A stretch of 64,000 nt of DNA from Bacteroidales bacterium (lineage in GTDB: Bacteria > Bacteroidota > Bacteroidia > Bacteroidales > FEN-979): the NCBI GenBank assembly GCA_023231065.1, contig JALNWE010000007.1, positions 5,842 through 69,841 of the forward strand, written 5' to 3'. Shown in pieces: positions 47,091-55,478 of the stretch. The position numbers were made by a program, and so were the translations under genes. Each line of letters begins with the position of its first letter. Position 1 is the stretch's first letter. The notes below the pieces were generated by a model, which saw only the letters and a program-made list of their open reading frames with translations, was not told where the DNA came from and searched no databases.

Positions 47091-47098
47091 TATCTTTG
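47091..47098 (+). promoter_or_regulatory. -7 promoter box TATCTTTG (MsbA-like exporter; implies a leaderless or near-leaderless mRNA)
   Basis: Exact match ending 5 nt before ATG 47104. Confidence 0.45.
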
Positions 47099-47103
47099 CA
47101 TTT

Positions 47104-48924
47104 ATGAAGAGTTTTTTCAAGATCCTTCGTTTTGCCGGTCCATACTGGGTGTATGCCTTACTGAACGTAGTGTTCAACATTCTTGCCGTAATATTTTCAC
47201 TGGCATCCTTTGCCTTATTCATACCGGTCCTGCAGATGCTGTTTCACCAGATGGAGATTCCCGCGTCAGCGCCGCCACTTAAAATGGATTATGATGTCGT
47301 CAAGGATAATTTTTATTATTATACCGGGCAATTATTAAATCAATATGGAAATGAGAGAATGTTGATTTATATTGGTTTCGTTATCATCATTCTTTATTTT
47401 CTGAAGAATCTTTTCCGCTATCTGGCCATGTATTTTCTGGCAGTTGTCCGCAATGGGGTAGTAAAAGATCTGAGAAATGATCTTTATCTTAAAGTGCTGA
47501 TCCTTCCTTTATCCTATTTTAACGAAAAACGCAAAGGGGATATCATAGCCCGGATGACCAATGATGTGCAGGAAGTTGAGTGGTCCATCATGAGCTCGCT
47601 TGAAATGGCTTTCCGGGATCCGATCACGATCATTGCTTCCCTGGTGATCCTTTTCGTCATCAGCCCTTCACTGACCATCTTTGTTCTTGTTTTATTGCCC
47701 ATCAGCGGTTTGATCATCGGCAGGATCGGAAAAAGCCTGAAACGGACTTCGGATAAAGGGCAGAAAAAGATGGGTTTCATTTTATCGGTGATTGAAGAAT
47801 CCATTTCCGGTTTAAGGATCATCAAGGCATTTAACGCCATTGATTTTGCTGATAAACGATTCCGGAAAACCAATCAGGAATACAATCGCCTGATGATACG
47901 GCTTTATCGTAAAAGGGACCTTGCTTCCCCGCTCAGTGAATTTCTGAGCGCCTGCGTGGTTACCATCGTCCTGTGGTATGGTGGAAAACTGGTCTTCACG
48001 CCGGGTAATTTTCTTGATGCGGCAACATTCCTGATTTATCTGGGCATTTTTTCGCAATTGATGCCACCGGCCAAATCCATCACCCAGGCTTTTTATAACA
48101 TTAAGAAAGGAGCTGCCTCCATCGATAGGATCGAACAGGTCCTTTCAGAACCGGAAGTCATCGAAGAAAAACCGGAAGCCATAAGCAAAAAAGATTTCCG
48201 GTCGGATATAGAATACCGGGATGTGAGTTTCTCTTATGACACAGAACCGGTTTTGCATCAAATCAATTTAACCATCAGCAAGAGTAAGACCATCGCGGTT
48301 GTGGGCCCATCGGGTGGGGGAAAATCCACCCTCGTGGATCTTTTACCCCGGTTTTATGATTGCATAAAGGGACAGATCCTGATCGATGGTATCGACATCC
48401 GCGATCTCATCATCAGTGATTTGCGGGGATTGATGGGCATTGTTTCACAGGAGACGATCCTCTTCAACGATTCGGTCTTTAACAACATTGCCTTTGGCAT
48501 GGACAATGTCAGTGAATCGGATGTGATTTCAGCCGCCAAGGTGGCAAATGCCCATGAATTTATTGAAAAGATGCCGTTGGGATATAGTACCAACATAGGG
48601 GACAGGGGCGCCAAACTGTCAGGCGGGCAAAGACAACGCCTGAGCATTGCCCGCGCTGTTCTGAAAAATCCGCCCATTCTGATTTTAGATGAGGCCACAT
48701 CGGCATTGGATACCGAATCGGAAAGGCTTGTTCAACAAGCCCTGGAAAACCTGATGCGCAACCGTACTTCCATTGTTATTGCCCATCGTTTATCGACCAT
48801 TCAATTTGCCGACGAGATCATCGTCATGCAGAACGGCAGACTTGTTGAGCGGGGTACGCACAATAATTTACTGGCCACCAACGGGGTTTACCGGAAATTA
48901 TATGAATTGCAATCATTTAATTGA
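47104..48924 (+). CDS. ABC transporter ATP-binding/permease protein (MsbA-like exporter)
   Basis: 606 aa. 6-TM domain plus NBD with Walker A GPSGGGKST, signature LSGGQRQR and Walker B ILILDEATSALD. Confidence 0.9.
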   Translation: MKSFFKILRFAGPYWVYALLNVVFNILAVIFSLASFALFIPVLQMLFHQMEIPASAPPLKMDYDVVKDNFYYYTGQLLNQYGNERMLIYIGFVIIILYFLKNLFRYLAMYFLAVVRNGVVKDLRNDLYLKVLILPLSYFNEKRKGDIIARMTNDVQEVEWSIMSSLEMAFRDPITIIASLVILFVISPSLTIFVLVLLPISGLIIGRIGKSLKRTSDKGQKKMGFILSVIEESISGLRIIKAFNAIDFADKRFRKTNQEYNRLMIRLYRKRDLASPLSEFLSACVVTIVLWYGGKLVFTPGNFLDAATFLIYLGIFSQLMPPAKSITQAFYNIKKGAASIDRIEQVLSEPEVIEEKPEAISKKDFRSDIEYRDVSFSYDTEPVLHQINLTISKSKTIAVVGPSGGGKSTLVDLLPRFYDCIKGQILIDGIDIRDLIISDLRGLMGIVSQETILFNDSVFNNIAFGMDNVSESDVISAAKVANAHEFIEKMPLGYSTNIGDRGAKLSGGQRQRLSIARAVLKNPPILILDEATSALDTESERLVQQALENLMRNRTSIVIAHRLSTIQFADEIIVMQNGRLVERGTHNNLLATNGVYRKLYELQSFN

Positions 48925-48977
48925 TGGCTGAACATAAAAAAAACCACCCCTACTTAAAAAAGTCCCAAAACTGATCT

Positions 48978-49847
48978 TCAGATTTCGGCCATTTTGATTA
49001 AAACAGCTTCCAGCTTTTTCTTCATCAGCTTTGTCCGGCCATCAAAATCATTGACCAACAGGGAAAAAACAAGCTTTCGTCCCGAAACGGTGGAAACATA
49101 TCCGGCAAAACTTTTTACTTTTGAAATGGTACCGGTTTTTGCCCGGATACGGCCTTCGGCCACGGTCCCTTTCATGGCTTTATGGAGCGTGCCAGTCAGC
49201 CCTGCAAGGGGAAGCGATTCGTAGAAATACCTGAAATAGGGTGAGGTCCTGATAACATAAAGCGCATCGACAAGTTGTTTGGGTGAAATCGCGTTTCGGC
49301 GCGATAAGCCGTTCCCATCATAAAAAAACATGCCATGGGTATCCACACCCTTGTTTTCCCAATAGTTGAGTATTGCTTTGACGCCCTCTCCGGTTGTGGC
49401 GTTATTGTTCACTCTTCCTCCTATTTTTCGGAGCAGTTTTGAAGAACGCCAGTTTACGCTCATGAGATTGGTTATAGTGATTTCCGGAATGATCTCTTTC
49501 CCGAAAATATCGAGGGCGGCCCCGGTAACAAAGATTTTTAAAGTTGAAGCAGGGATCATCGGCCATTTGGAACGGTAATCTGCCAGGATCACCGGATCTT
49601 TGGCCGTAATATCCACAACCAGATACCCCAATGAACCGTTTTTCAGGGATGGATCGTTACGGAGTACTTCCAATGCTTCCAACAACGGTTTATCATCTGC
49701 TGGTTTCTCTTTATTCACAGGGATCTTGCTCCCCTGCGTAACATGGCTTTTTGCCCGGTCATTCTGACAAGAGATTCCCGACAATAAAATAAGAAGGATA
49801 AATAACAGATGTTTAAAATAAGGCATGGTCAACCTGTAATTGAACAT
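48978..49847 (-). CDS. Serine DD-peptidase-like protein (S13/PBP4-related, short form)
   Basis: 289 aa. Lipoprotein-like signal (LLSGISC). SxxK as PASTLK, YDGNGLSRRN and KTGT motifs. Shorter than typical PBP4. An alternative start is at 49826. Confidence 0.6.
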   Translation of the reverse strand: MFNYRLTMPYFKHLLFILLILLSGISCQNDRAKSHVTQGSKIPVNKEKPADDKPLLEALEVLRNDPSLKNGSLGYLVVDITAKDPVILADYRSKWPMIPASTLKIFVTGAALDIFGKEIIPEITITNLMSVNWRSSKLLRKIGGRVNNNATTGEGVKAILNYWENKGVDTHGMFFYDGNGLSRRNAISPKQLVDALYVIRTSPYFRYFYESLPLAGLTGTLHKAMKGTVAEGRIRAKTGTISKVKSFAGYVSTVSGRKLVFSLLVNDFDGRTKLMKKKLEAVLIKMAEI

Positions 49848-49918
49848 ACAAAGATCGGAAAAATGGGATTAAGAGAGGATTAAAAGTGACTTTATTTACA
49901 ACTGAGGTAAACATTTCC

Positions 49919-49926
49919 TAATTTTG
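49919..49926 (+). promoter_or_regulatory. -7 promoter box TAATTTTG (M20D amidohydrolase 2)
   Basis: Exact match, 24 nt upstream of ATG 49951. Confidence 0.5.
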
Positions 49927-49950
49927 AGGATTAATTTTATTGTTCCGTTA

Positions 49951-51162
49951 ATGAAGCAACTTAAACATCAAATAGAAAGTTTATCGAAGTCTTTTTTTCA
50001 GGAGGTTCAGGATATCCGAAGGCGCCTTCACAAGTATCCGGAACTTTCGAAGGAGGAATTTCAAACGGCTGCATTCATCTGTAAAAAGTTGGATGGGTAT
50101 GGCATACCATATACCAGCGGAATTGCAGGGACCGGTGTTGCCGGATTGATAGAAGGGGTGGACCCTTCCTCCCGGTGCATTGCCCTCCGCGCCGATATGG
50201 ATGCCCTGCCGGTTGATGAGAAAAACGAGACTGAATATAAATCGGCCCATCCCGGTAAAATGCATGCCTGCGGCCACGATGTCCATATAGCCTGCCTGCT
50301 GGGAGCAGCCAGGATCCTGATGCAGGTGAGGGATCAGTTCGCGGGTACCATAAAACTGATCTTTCAGCCGTCGGAAGAAACTTATCCCGGAGGGGCCATT
50401 CAAATGATCGAAGCCGGGATCCTTGAAAATCCGAAACCGGAACTGATCATTGCCCAACATGTGATCAATAACCTGGATGCCGGCGATGTCGGTATGAAAG
50501 CAGGCCCTTATATGGCTTCGACCGATGAATTTTTCATCACGGTGAAGGGGAAAGGAGGCCATGCAGCCACACCCAATCAGGTTACCGATCCCATTCTGAT
50601 CGCGGCCCACATCATTGTTGCCCTTCAACAAATCGTTAGCCGGAACGCGGACCCGGTAATCCCATCGGTGGTATCCATTGGCAAGATCTCAGGGGAAGGG
50701 CGTACCAATATTATTCCATCGGAAGTAAAAATGGAAGGAACAGTCCGCACCTATAATGAGACATGGAGAAATGAGATTCATCAAAGGATAGAGAAAATTT
50801 CCAAGGCCTTGGCACAAGGGATGGGCGCCGATTGTGAGGTGAGAATTGCCCATGGGTACCCTTACCTTGATAATGACCCTGTCCTCACGGGGAAACTTTT
50901 TGGCTGGGCGGAGGATTATCTCGGTCCGGCCCATGTTCGCACGCTTGAACCGCGTATGACCGCTGAAGATTTTTCCTATTTTGCCGGACGCGTCCCTTCC
51001 TGCTTGTACCGACTTGGAATTTCCGATTATTCCAAAGGGATCAACGCGAACCTTCATACCGACACATTTGATGTGAACGAACGGTGTCTGGAAACCGGAA
51101 TGGCAATGATGTCCTGGTTTGCTGTCAACCTCTTAGCCCCTGAAAAAAGATCAGATAGATGA
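49951..51162 (+). CDS. M20D family amidohydrolase (second paralog)
   Basis: Start at ATG 49951 (MKQLKHQI). LRADMDALP, CGHDVH, FQPSEE. A TAATTTTG box lies 25 nt upstream. Confidence 0.85.
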   Translation: MKQLKHQIESLSKSFFQEVQDIRRRLHKYPELSKEEFQTAAFICKKLDGYGIPYTSGIAGTGVAGLIEGVDPSSRCIALRADMDALPVDEKNETEYKSAHPGKMHACGHDVHIACLLGAARILMQVRDQFAGTIKLIFQPSEETYPGGAIQMIEAGILENPKPELIIAQHVINNLDAGDVGMKAGPYMASTDEFFITVKGKGGHAATPNQVTDPILIAAHIIVALQQIVSRNADPVIPSVVSIGKISGEGRTNIIPSEVKMEGTVRTYNETWRNEIHQRIEKISKALAQGMGADCEVRIAHGYPYLDNDPVLTGKLFGWAEDYLGPAHVRTLEPRMTAEDFSYFAGRVPSCLYRLGISDYSKGINANLHTDTFDVNERCLETGMAMMSWFAVNLLAPEKRSDR

Positions 51163-53087
51163 GAATGCCACGCGGGTCCGGATTTACGTTTTTTTCTAAG
51201 GTCAGAAAAAAGAGGCTTTCTTTTTTCCTGTTTTTCATTGTTGTCAATTGTCAGTTATCAGTTGTCAATTGCTACTCCCAGGACCGGCGTCCCGACAGGC
51301 CTTTACTCCCATTTCAACAGAATGCCTCCCAGCAGGGGAATGACGAACAATTAGCCATCCAGTTTTACCAGGACCATGAATATGACAAAGCAGCCGAAAT
51401 TTATGAACGGTTGTTTCAGCAGAAGCCGGGATCCTATTACTATCAGTATCTTCTTTTTTGCTGGGTGGAGATCAAAGAGTATAATAAAGCTGAAAAGCTC
51501 ATCAAAAAGCAACAAAAAGCAGAACCAACCGCTCTCCGGTTCATGGTTGATATGGGTTATTTGAAATACCGGGAGGGAAACGAGGAAAAATCGAAGAAAA
51601 TTTATGAGGATGCCATCAGTAAACTTACCCCGAACCAGCAACAGATCGCGGATCTGGCAAATGCATTCAGCGCCAGGGGGGAATATGAATATGCCATTAA
51701 AACTTACCTCCGCGGACGGGATCTGTTAAAAAATTCCTATCCTTTTAACGTGGAGATGGCCGGTATATATGAACGTATGGGCGATTTTACAAGTGTGATA
51801 GAGCAGTATCTCGATCTTCTGGAAATCAACAGATCCTATATGAATACGGTCCAGGATAGGCTGCAGATGCTGTTATCCAATGATATTAACAATGAAAAGA
51901 ACGACCGCTTCCGAAAAGTTCTGTTAGCCAGGGCACAACAGTATCCTGATAAAATCTGGTATGCTGAATTGCTCTGGTGGTACTCTATTCAGCAAAAAGA
52001 TTTTGACCTGGCATTTATTCAGGGCAAAGCGCTTGACAAAAGATTGCAGGAAAGTGGCGACAGGTTGGTCCAGTTAGCCGGGCTGGCCGCATCAAACGAA
52101 GAATATAAGCTGGCCATGGAATGTTATCAGTACCTGATCGCCAAGGGAACGGATTTTCCTTTTTATGATCTGAGCCGGAGGGAGTTGATCAATACCAGGT
52201 ACCTCATGGCATTATCAGCCCCTTCTCCCTCCAAACAACTCCTGACCGGCCTGGAAAAAGAAATGAAAGAGGAGATCGGGAAATCACAGGAAGATCCTGA
52301 AAGTATTTCATTGACCAGAAACCTGGCCCATCTTGAGGCTTTTTATTTAAAGAAGACGGACGAAGCTGCTGCGTTGCTTGAAAATGCCATTGAAATTCCC
52401 GGGATCACTCCCCAGCAAAGAGCCGAGTGTAAAATTGAATTAGCCGACATACTCCTTTTTACCGATGACGTATGGGAAGCCACATTACTCTATCAGCAGG
52501 TTTATAAGGAATTTAAAAATGATATCATCGGGCAGGAGGCCAAATTCAAAAACACCATGCTCTCTTTTTATATTGGTGAATTCAAATGGGCTCTTGCCCA
52601 GGCGGATATCCTGAAGGCTTCCACTTCCAGGTTCATCGCCAACGATGCCATTGCTTTATCACTATTGATTAGCGAGGACTTAGACCCCGATAGCAATACC
52701 GTTGCATTGGGGTATTATGCGCGGGCTGACCTGCTGGATTACCGGAACGAAGAGGACCTTGCCCTTAAAACCCTTGATTCAATACCCCAATTATTCACAG
52801 AACATCCAATCCTTCAACAGGTTATATTTAAGAAAGCCATGATTATGCAAAAACAGGGCCAATTTATAAAAGCCGACTCGCTTTTCGGGCAGTTGGTCAT
52901 GGTTTATCCTGACGGGATCTTGGCCGACGAAGCCCTGATGTACCGCGCTTCGCTGACTGAGAAAAAACTGAACAACAAAGAGCAGGCGATGGCTTTATAC
53001 CAGGAGCTAATGGAAAAATACCCGGGGAGCATTTTTGTACCGGATGCGCGGAAACGGTTCAGGACGTTGAGAGGGGATCGGATGTAG
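51159..53087 (+). CDS. Tetratricopeptide-repeat protein
   Basis: 642 aa. Multiple TPR-like helical repeats (e.g. YDKAAEIYERLF, YEYAIKTYLRG). The start overlaps the upstream stop (ATGA). The N-terminal hydrophobic segment is encoded by a heptad repeat. Confidence 0.75.
   Translation: MRMPRGSGFTFFSKVRKKRLSFFLFFIVVNCQLSVVNCYSQDRRPDRPLLPFQQNASQQGNDEQLAIQFYQDHEYDKAAEIYERLFQQKPGSYYYQYLLFCWVEIKEYNKAEKLIKKQQKAEPTALRFMVDMGYLKYREGNEEKSKKIYEDAISKLTPNQQQIADLANAFSARGEYEYAIKTYLRGRDLLKNSYPFNVEMAGIYERMGDFTSVIEQYLDLLEINRSYMNTVQDRLQMLLSNDINNEKNDRFRKVLLARAQQYPDKIWYAELLWWYSIQQKDFDLAFIQGKALDKRLQESGDRLVQLAGLAASNEEYKLAMECYQYLIAKGTDFPFYDLSRRELINTRYLMALSAPSPSKQLLTGLEKEMKEEIGKSQEDPESISLTRNLAHLEAFYLKKTDEAAALLENAIEIPGITPQQRAECKIELADILLFTDDVWEATLLYQQVYKEFKNDIIGQEAKFKNTMLSFYIGEFKWALAQADILKASTSRFIANDAIALSLLISEDLDPDSNTVALGYYARADLLDYRNEEDLALKTLDSIPQLFTEHPILQQVIFKKAMIMQKQGQFIKADSLFGQLVMVYPDGILADEALMYRASLTEKKLNNKEQAMALYQELMEKYPGSIFVPDARKRFRTLRGDRM
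51242..51269 (+). repeat. Heptanucleotide array, 4 units (TGTCAAT TGTCAGT TATCAGT TGTCAAT) inside the TPR gene 5-prime end
   Basis: Direct reading. Encodes VVNCQLSVVNC of the predicted N-terminal hydrophobic segment. Confidence 0.85.
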
Positions 53088-53094
53088 GGTAAGG

Positions 53095-53111
53095 GATAAG
53101 AGATGGGGGAT
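53095..53111 (+). repeat. Solo purine-rich repeat copy GATAAGAGATGGGGGAT
   Basis: 17-nt identity with 46996-47012. Lies between the TPR gene stop and the rsmA start. Confidence 0.8.
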
Positions 53112-53147
53112 CCAGCGCCTGGCATTTATTTGAAGAAAGTTGAACCC

Positions 53148-53948
53148 ATGATACGACCAAAGAAGCATTTAGGCCAGCATTTTTTACGGGATGAAAACAT
53201 CGCGCAAAAAATCGTGGGTTACCTCAATCCGGAATATCCATTGGTATTGGAAATTGGTCCGGGAATGGGATCCTTATCAAAATATCTCCTTCAGGATCCC
53301 CGGTTTGACCCTTATTTCATGGAAGTGGACAGGGAAGCTGTAAGTTATTTGATATCGACTTTTCCCGAAATTTCAGGGAAGTTGATTGAGGCTGACTTCC
53401 TGAAATACGATTTATCCTGCTTTCCATCCCCCATCTCCCATCTCCCATCTCCCATCTCTTTCATCGGCAATTTTCCCTATAACATCTCCTCCCAGATCTT
53501 ATTCAAAGCCCTGGAATATCGACACCGGGTCAGGGAGGTTATCGGAATGTTCCAGAAAGAAGTGGCCCTCCGCGTGGCATCCCCTCCGGGAAACAGAACT
53601 TATGGGATCCTCAGTGTATTATTGCAGGCTTTTTTTGAGATCGATTATCTCTTTACGGTCAATGAAAATGTATTTGACCCGCCGCCCAAAGTAAAATCGG
53701 CCGTCATTCGCTTACGCCGCAATGAGGTAATATCCCTGGGATGCGATGAGGCTTTGTTTTTCCGCGTTGTTAAAATGGCCTTTAACCAACGGAGAAAGAC
53801 CCTGCGGAATGCGCTCCGTCCGCTTCTTGATAAATCCCTGTTATCGGACGACAGCGCGCTCAAGCAGATGCTGGACCTACGCGCCGAACGTCTGAATGTA
53901 AGCGATTTTGTGGCCCTCACCCTTGCTATTAAAGCAATAAGCCCCTGA
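53148..53948 (+). CDS. rsmA: 16S rRNA (adenine1518/1519-N6)-dimethyltransferase RsmA/KsgA
   Basis: Start at ATG 53148 (MIRPKKHLGQHFL). Motifs EIGPGMGSLS, GNFPYNISSQI, FDPPPKV, AFNQRRK. Confidence 0.9.
   Translation: MIRPKKHLGQHFLRDENIAQKIVGYLNPEYPLVLEIGPGMGSLSKYLLQDPRFDPYFMEVDREAVSYLISTFPEISGKLIEADFLKYDLSCFPSPISHLPSPISFIGNFPYNISSQILFKALEYRHRVREVIGMFQKEVALRVASPPGNRTYGILSVLLQAFFEIDYLFTVNENVFDPPPKVKSAVIRLRRNEVISLGCDEALFFRVVKMAFNQRRKTLRNALRPLLDKSLLSDDSALKQMLDLRAERLNVSDFVALTLAIKAISP
53424..53458 (-). repeat. Heptanucleotide array, 5 units (minus-strand reading GAGATGG x4 + GGGATGG) inside the rsmA coding sequence
   Basis: Plus strand reads ccatccc ccatctc ccatctc ccatctc ccatctc. Translated as PSPISHLPSPIS. 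Confidence 0.95.
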
Positions 53949-53982
53949 ATATAGTATCTTTACCGCGATTTATAATACCGGA

Positions 53983-55467
53983 ATGAAACAAGGAATTGAT
54001 CATATACGACCGGTGCGCGGCAAAATGAAAAACGTTGCCGCCAGGAAAAAAACCCCGGAAGAACAAGTCCTTCCTTACCGGCCGGAAAAAGCCAATCATA
54101 TTTTTGGCCTGTTCTTTTTCCTGTTTTCATGGGCGCTTTACGGAAATACCATCACCAGGCATACTCCCGCCGATAGCTTTCTTATTCCCGGGAAACAGAT
54201 CATGCAACCATTGGTAAATCTCATTTTTTCCATCGAACAGTATCTTTGGGGAATGAATACTATATTCTGTCATTTATTCAACGTGATGATTTACGCGTTC
54301 CTGTCGATGCTTGTATTTTTTACCCTGAAGCGGCTGCTGAAAGATTATAATATCCTTTTCCCCTTCCTGATTGCCTTGGTCTTTATGGTTCATCCTGTCC
54401 ATACAGAGGTTGTCGCTAACCTGAATTACAGGGGTGAATTACTGGCTTCTTTCTGCGGGATTTCAAGCCTGTGGTTTTTGCTGAATTATCTCGAAAGAAA
54501 AAAAAATGGTTTTTTAGTCTTTGCATCATTGATCTTTATATGCGGCTATCTTTGTAATTCGTCCGTTCTGACTTTTCTGTTGCTTTATTTTCTTGTGTTT
54601 TACTTTTTCACGGGTTTACCGGCTAAAAAGTATCTGCCGCTGATGTTGATCATCCTGGTCGCGGCTTATACAATTCATTATTTCCTGCAATTTGTTTATT
54701 TTCCTCCAACCCGGATGACAGGTTATACCGACAACCCCCTCTTCGTTGAAAAGGGGTTACAGGTAAGGTTCAATAGCGGATGGTCAACCTTATTATTCTA
54801 TCTGAGGATACTTTCTTACCCGGTTCCTTTACTTTATTATTACGGGTATAATGAAATCCCTGTCATCAACCCTTCCTTTTTCCGCGTGGTCCTGTCCATG
54901 TCATTATTTTTCATTTTTCTTACCATTGCCATATTGAAATTCAGGAAACGGGAATTTATCTCATTTTCAATTTTCTGGTTTTTCCTGGCCATTTTACCTT
55001 ATTCAAATGTATTTTTCCCTGTCTCTGGAATAGTAGGTGAAAGGTATGTTTTTACTGCATCTTTGGGTTTTTGCATGGCATTGGTCGCGTTCATTTTCTT
55101 TTTTTTTCAGGCAAATCCCCGAAGCCTTACCCTTGAAATAGATGCGCGGTTAAAAATCCTGGCCGTCATTATCCTTTTTTTGATACCCTATGCCACGCTT
55201 ACCGTCAAACGGAACCATGATTGGCGTAACCTGGATAATTTGTACTCACATGATATCCGTCATCTTGAAAAATCAGTCCAGGCAAATATTGACATCAGTA
55301 CTTATTACTTAAACCGATCAGATACAGTTAAGGGGATCCGTTACCTCGAAAAAGCGGCCGCGTTATGGCCTGACCCTGTCCGTTATATGAAATTATCTGA
55401 TCTGTTAAACCACAGGGGAGAAAAACAAAGAGCCGATTATTACAGACGGTTAGGAGAAAACAAGTAA
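53983..55467 (+). CDS. Polytopic membrane protein with C-terminal TPR (TMTC / GT39-like family)
   Basis: 494 aa, about 10 TM segments followed by a soluble TPR-like tail (YYLNRSD..KGIRYLEKAAALWPD). Start uncertain (alternative ATG at 54025). Confidence 0.55.
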   Translation: MKQGIDHIRPVRGKMKNVAARKKTPEEQVLPYRPEKANHIFGLFFFLFSWALYGNTITRHTPADSFLIPGKQIMQPLVNLIFSIEQYLWGMNTIFCHLFNVMIYAFLSMLVFFTLKRLLKDYNILFPFLIALVFMVHPVHTEVVANLNYRGELLASFCGISSLWFLLNYLERKKNGFLVFASLIFICGYLCNSSVLTFLLLYFLVFYFFTGLPAKKYLPLMLIILVAAYTIHYFLQFVYFPPTRMTGYTDNPLFVEKGLQVRFNSGWSTLLFYLRILSYPVPLLYYYGYNEIPVINPSFFRVVLSMSLFFIFLTIAILKFRKREFISFSIFWFFLAILPYSNVFFPVSGIVGERYVFTASLGFCMALVAFIFFFFQANPRSLTLEIDARLKILAVIILFLIPYATLTVKRNHDWRNLDNLYSHDIRHLEKSVQANIDISTYYLNRSDTVKGIRYLEKAAALWPDPVRYMKLSDLLNHRGEKQRADYYRRLGENK

Positions 55468-55478
55468 TTCCAGCGATT

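Noticed and set aside
49981-50631. 216-aa minus-strand ORF inside the second M20D amidohydrolase gene (similarly 9150..9680 inside nuclease 2, and 30145..30702 inside sufS)
   Set aside because: These are antisense to genes with clear catalytic motifs and have no features of their own.
51191-51235. A/T-only stem (GAAAAAAG ... CTTTTTTC) after the amidohydrolase stop, considered as a terminator that would make the region intergenic
   Set aside because: The stem is almost purely A-T and weak, and the ATGA start-stop overlap supports translational coupling into the TPR ORF. The start question is kept open in the corresponding finding.
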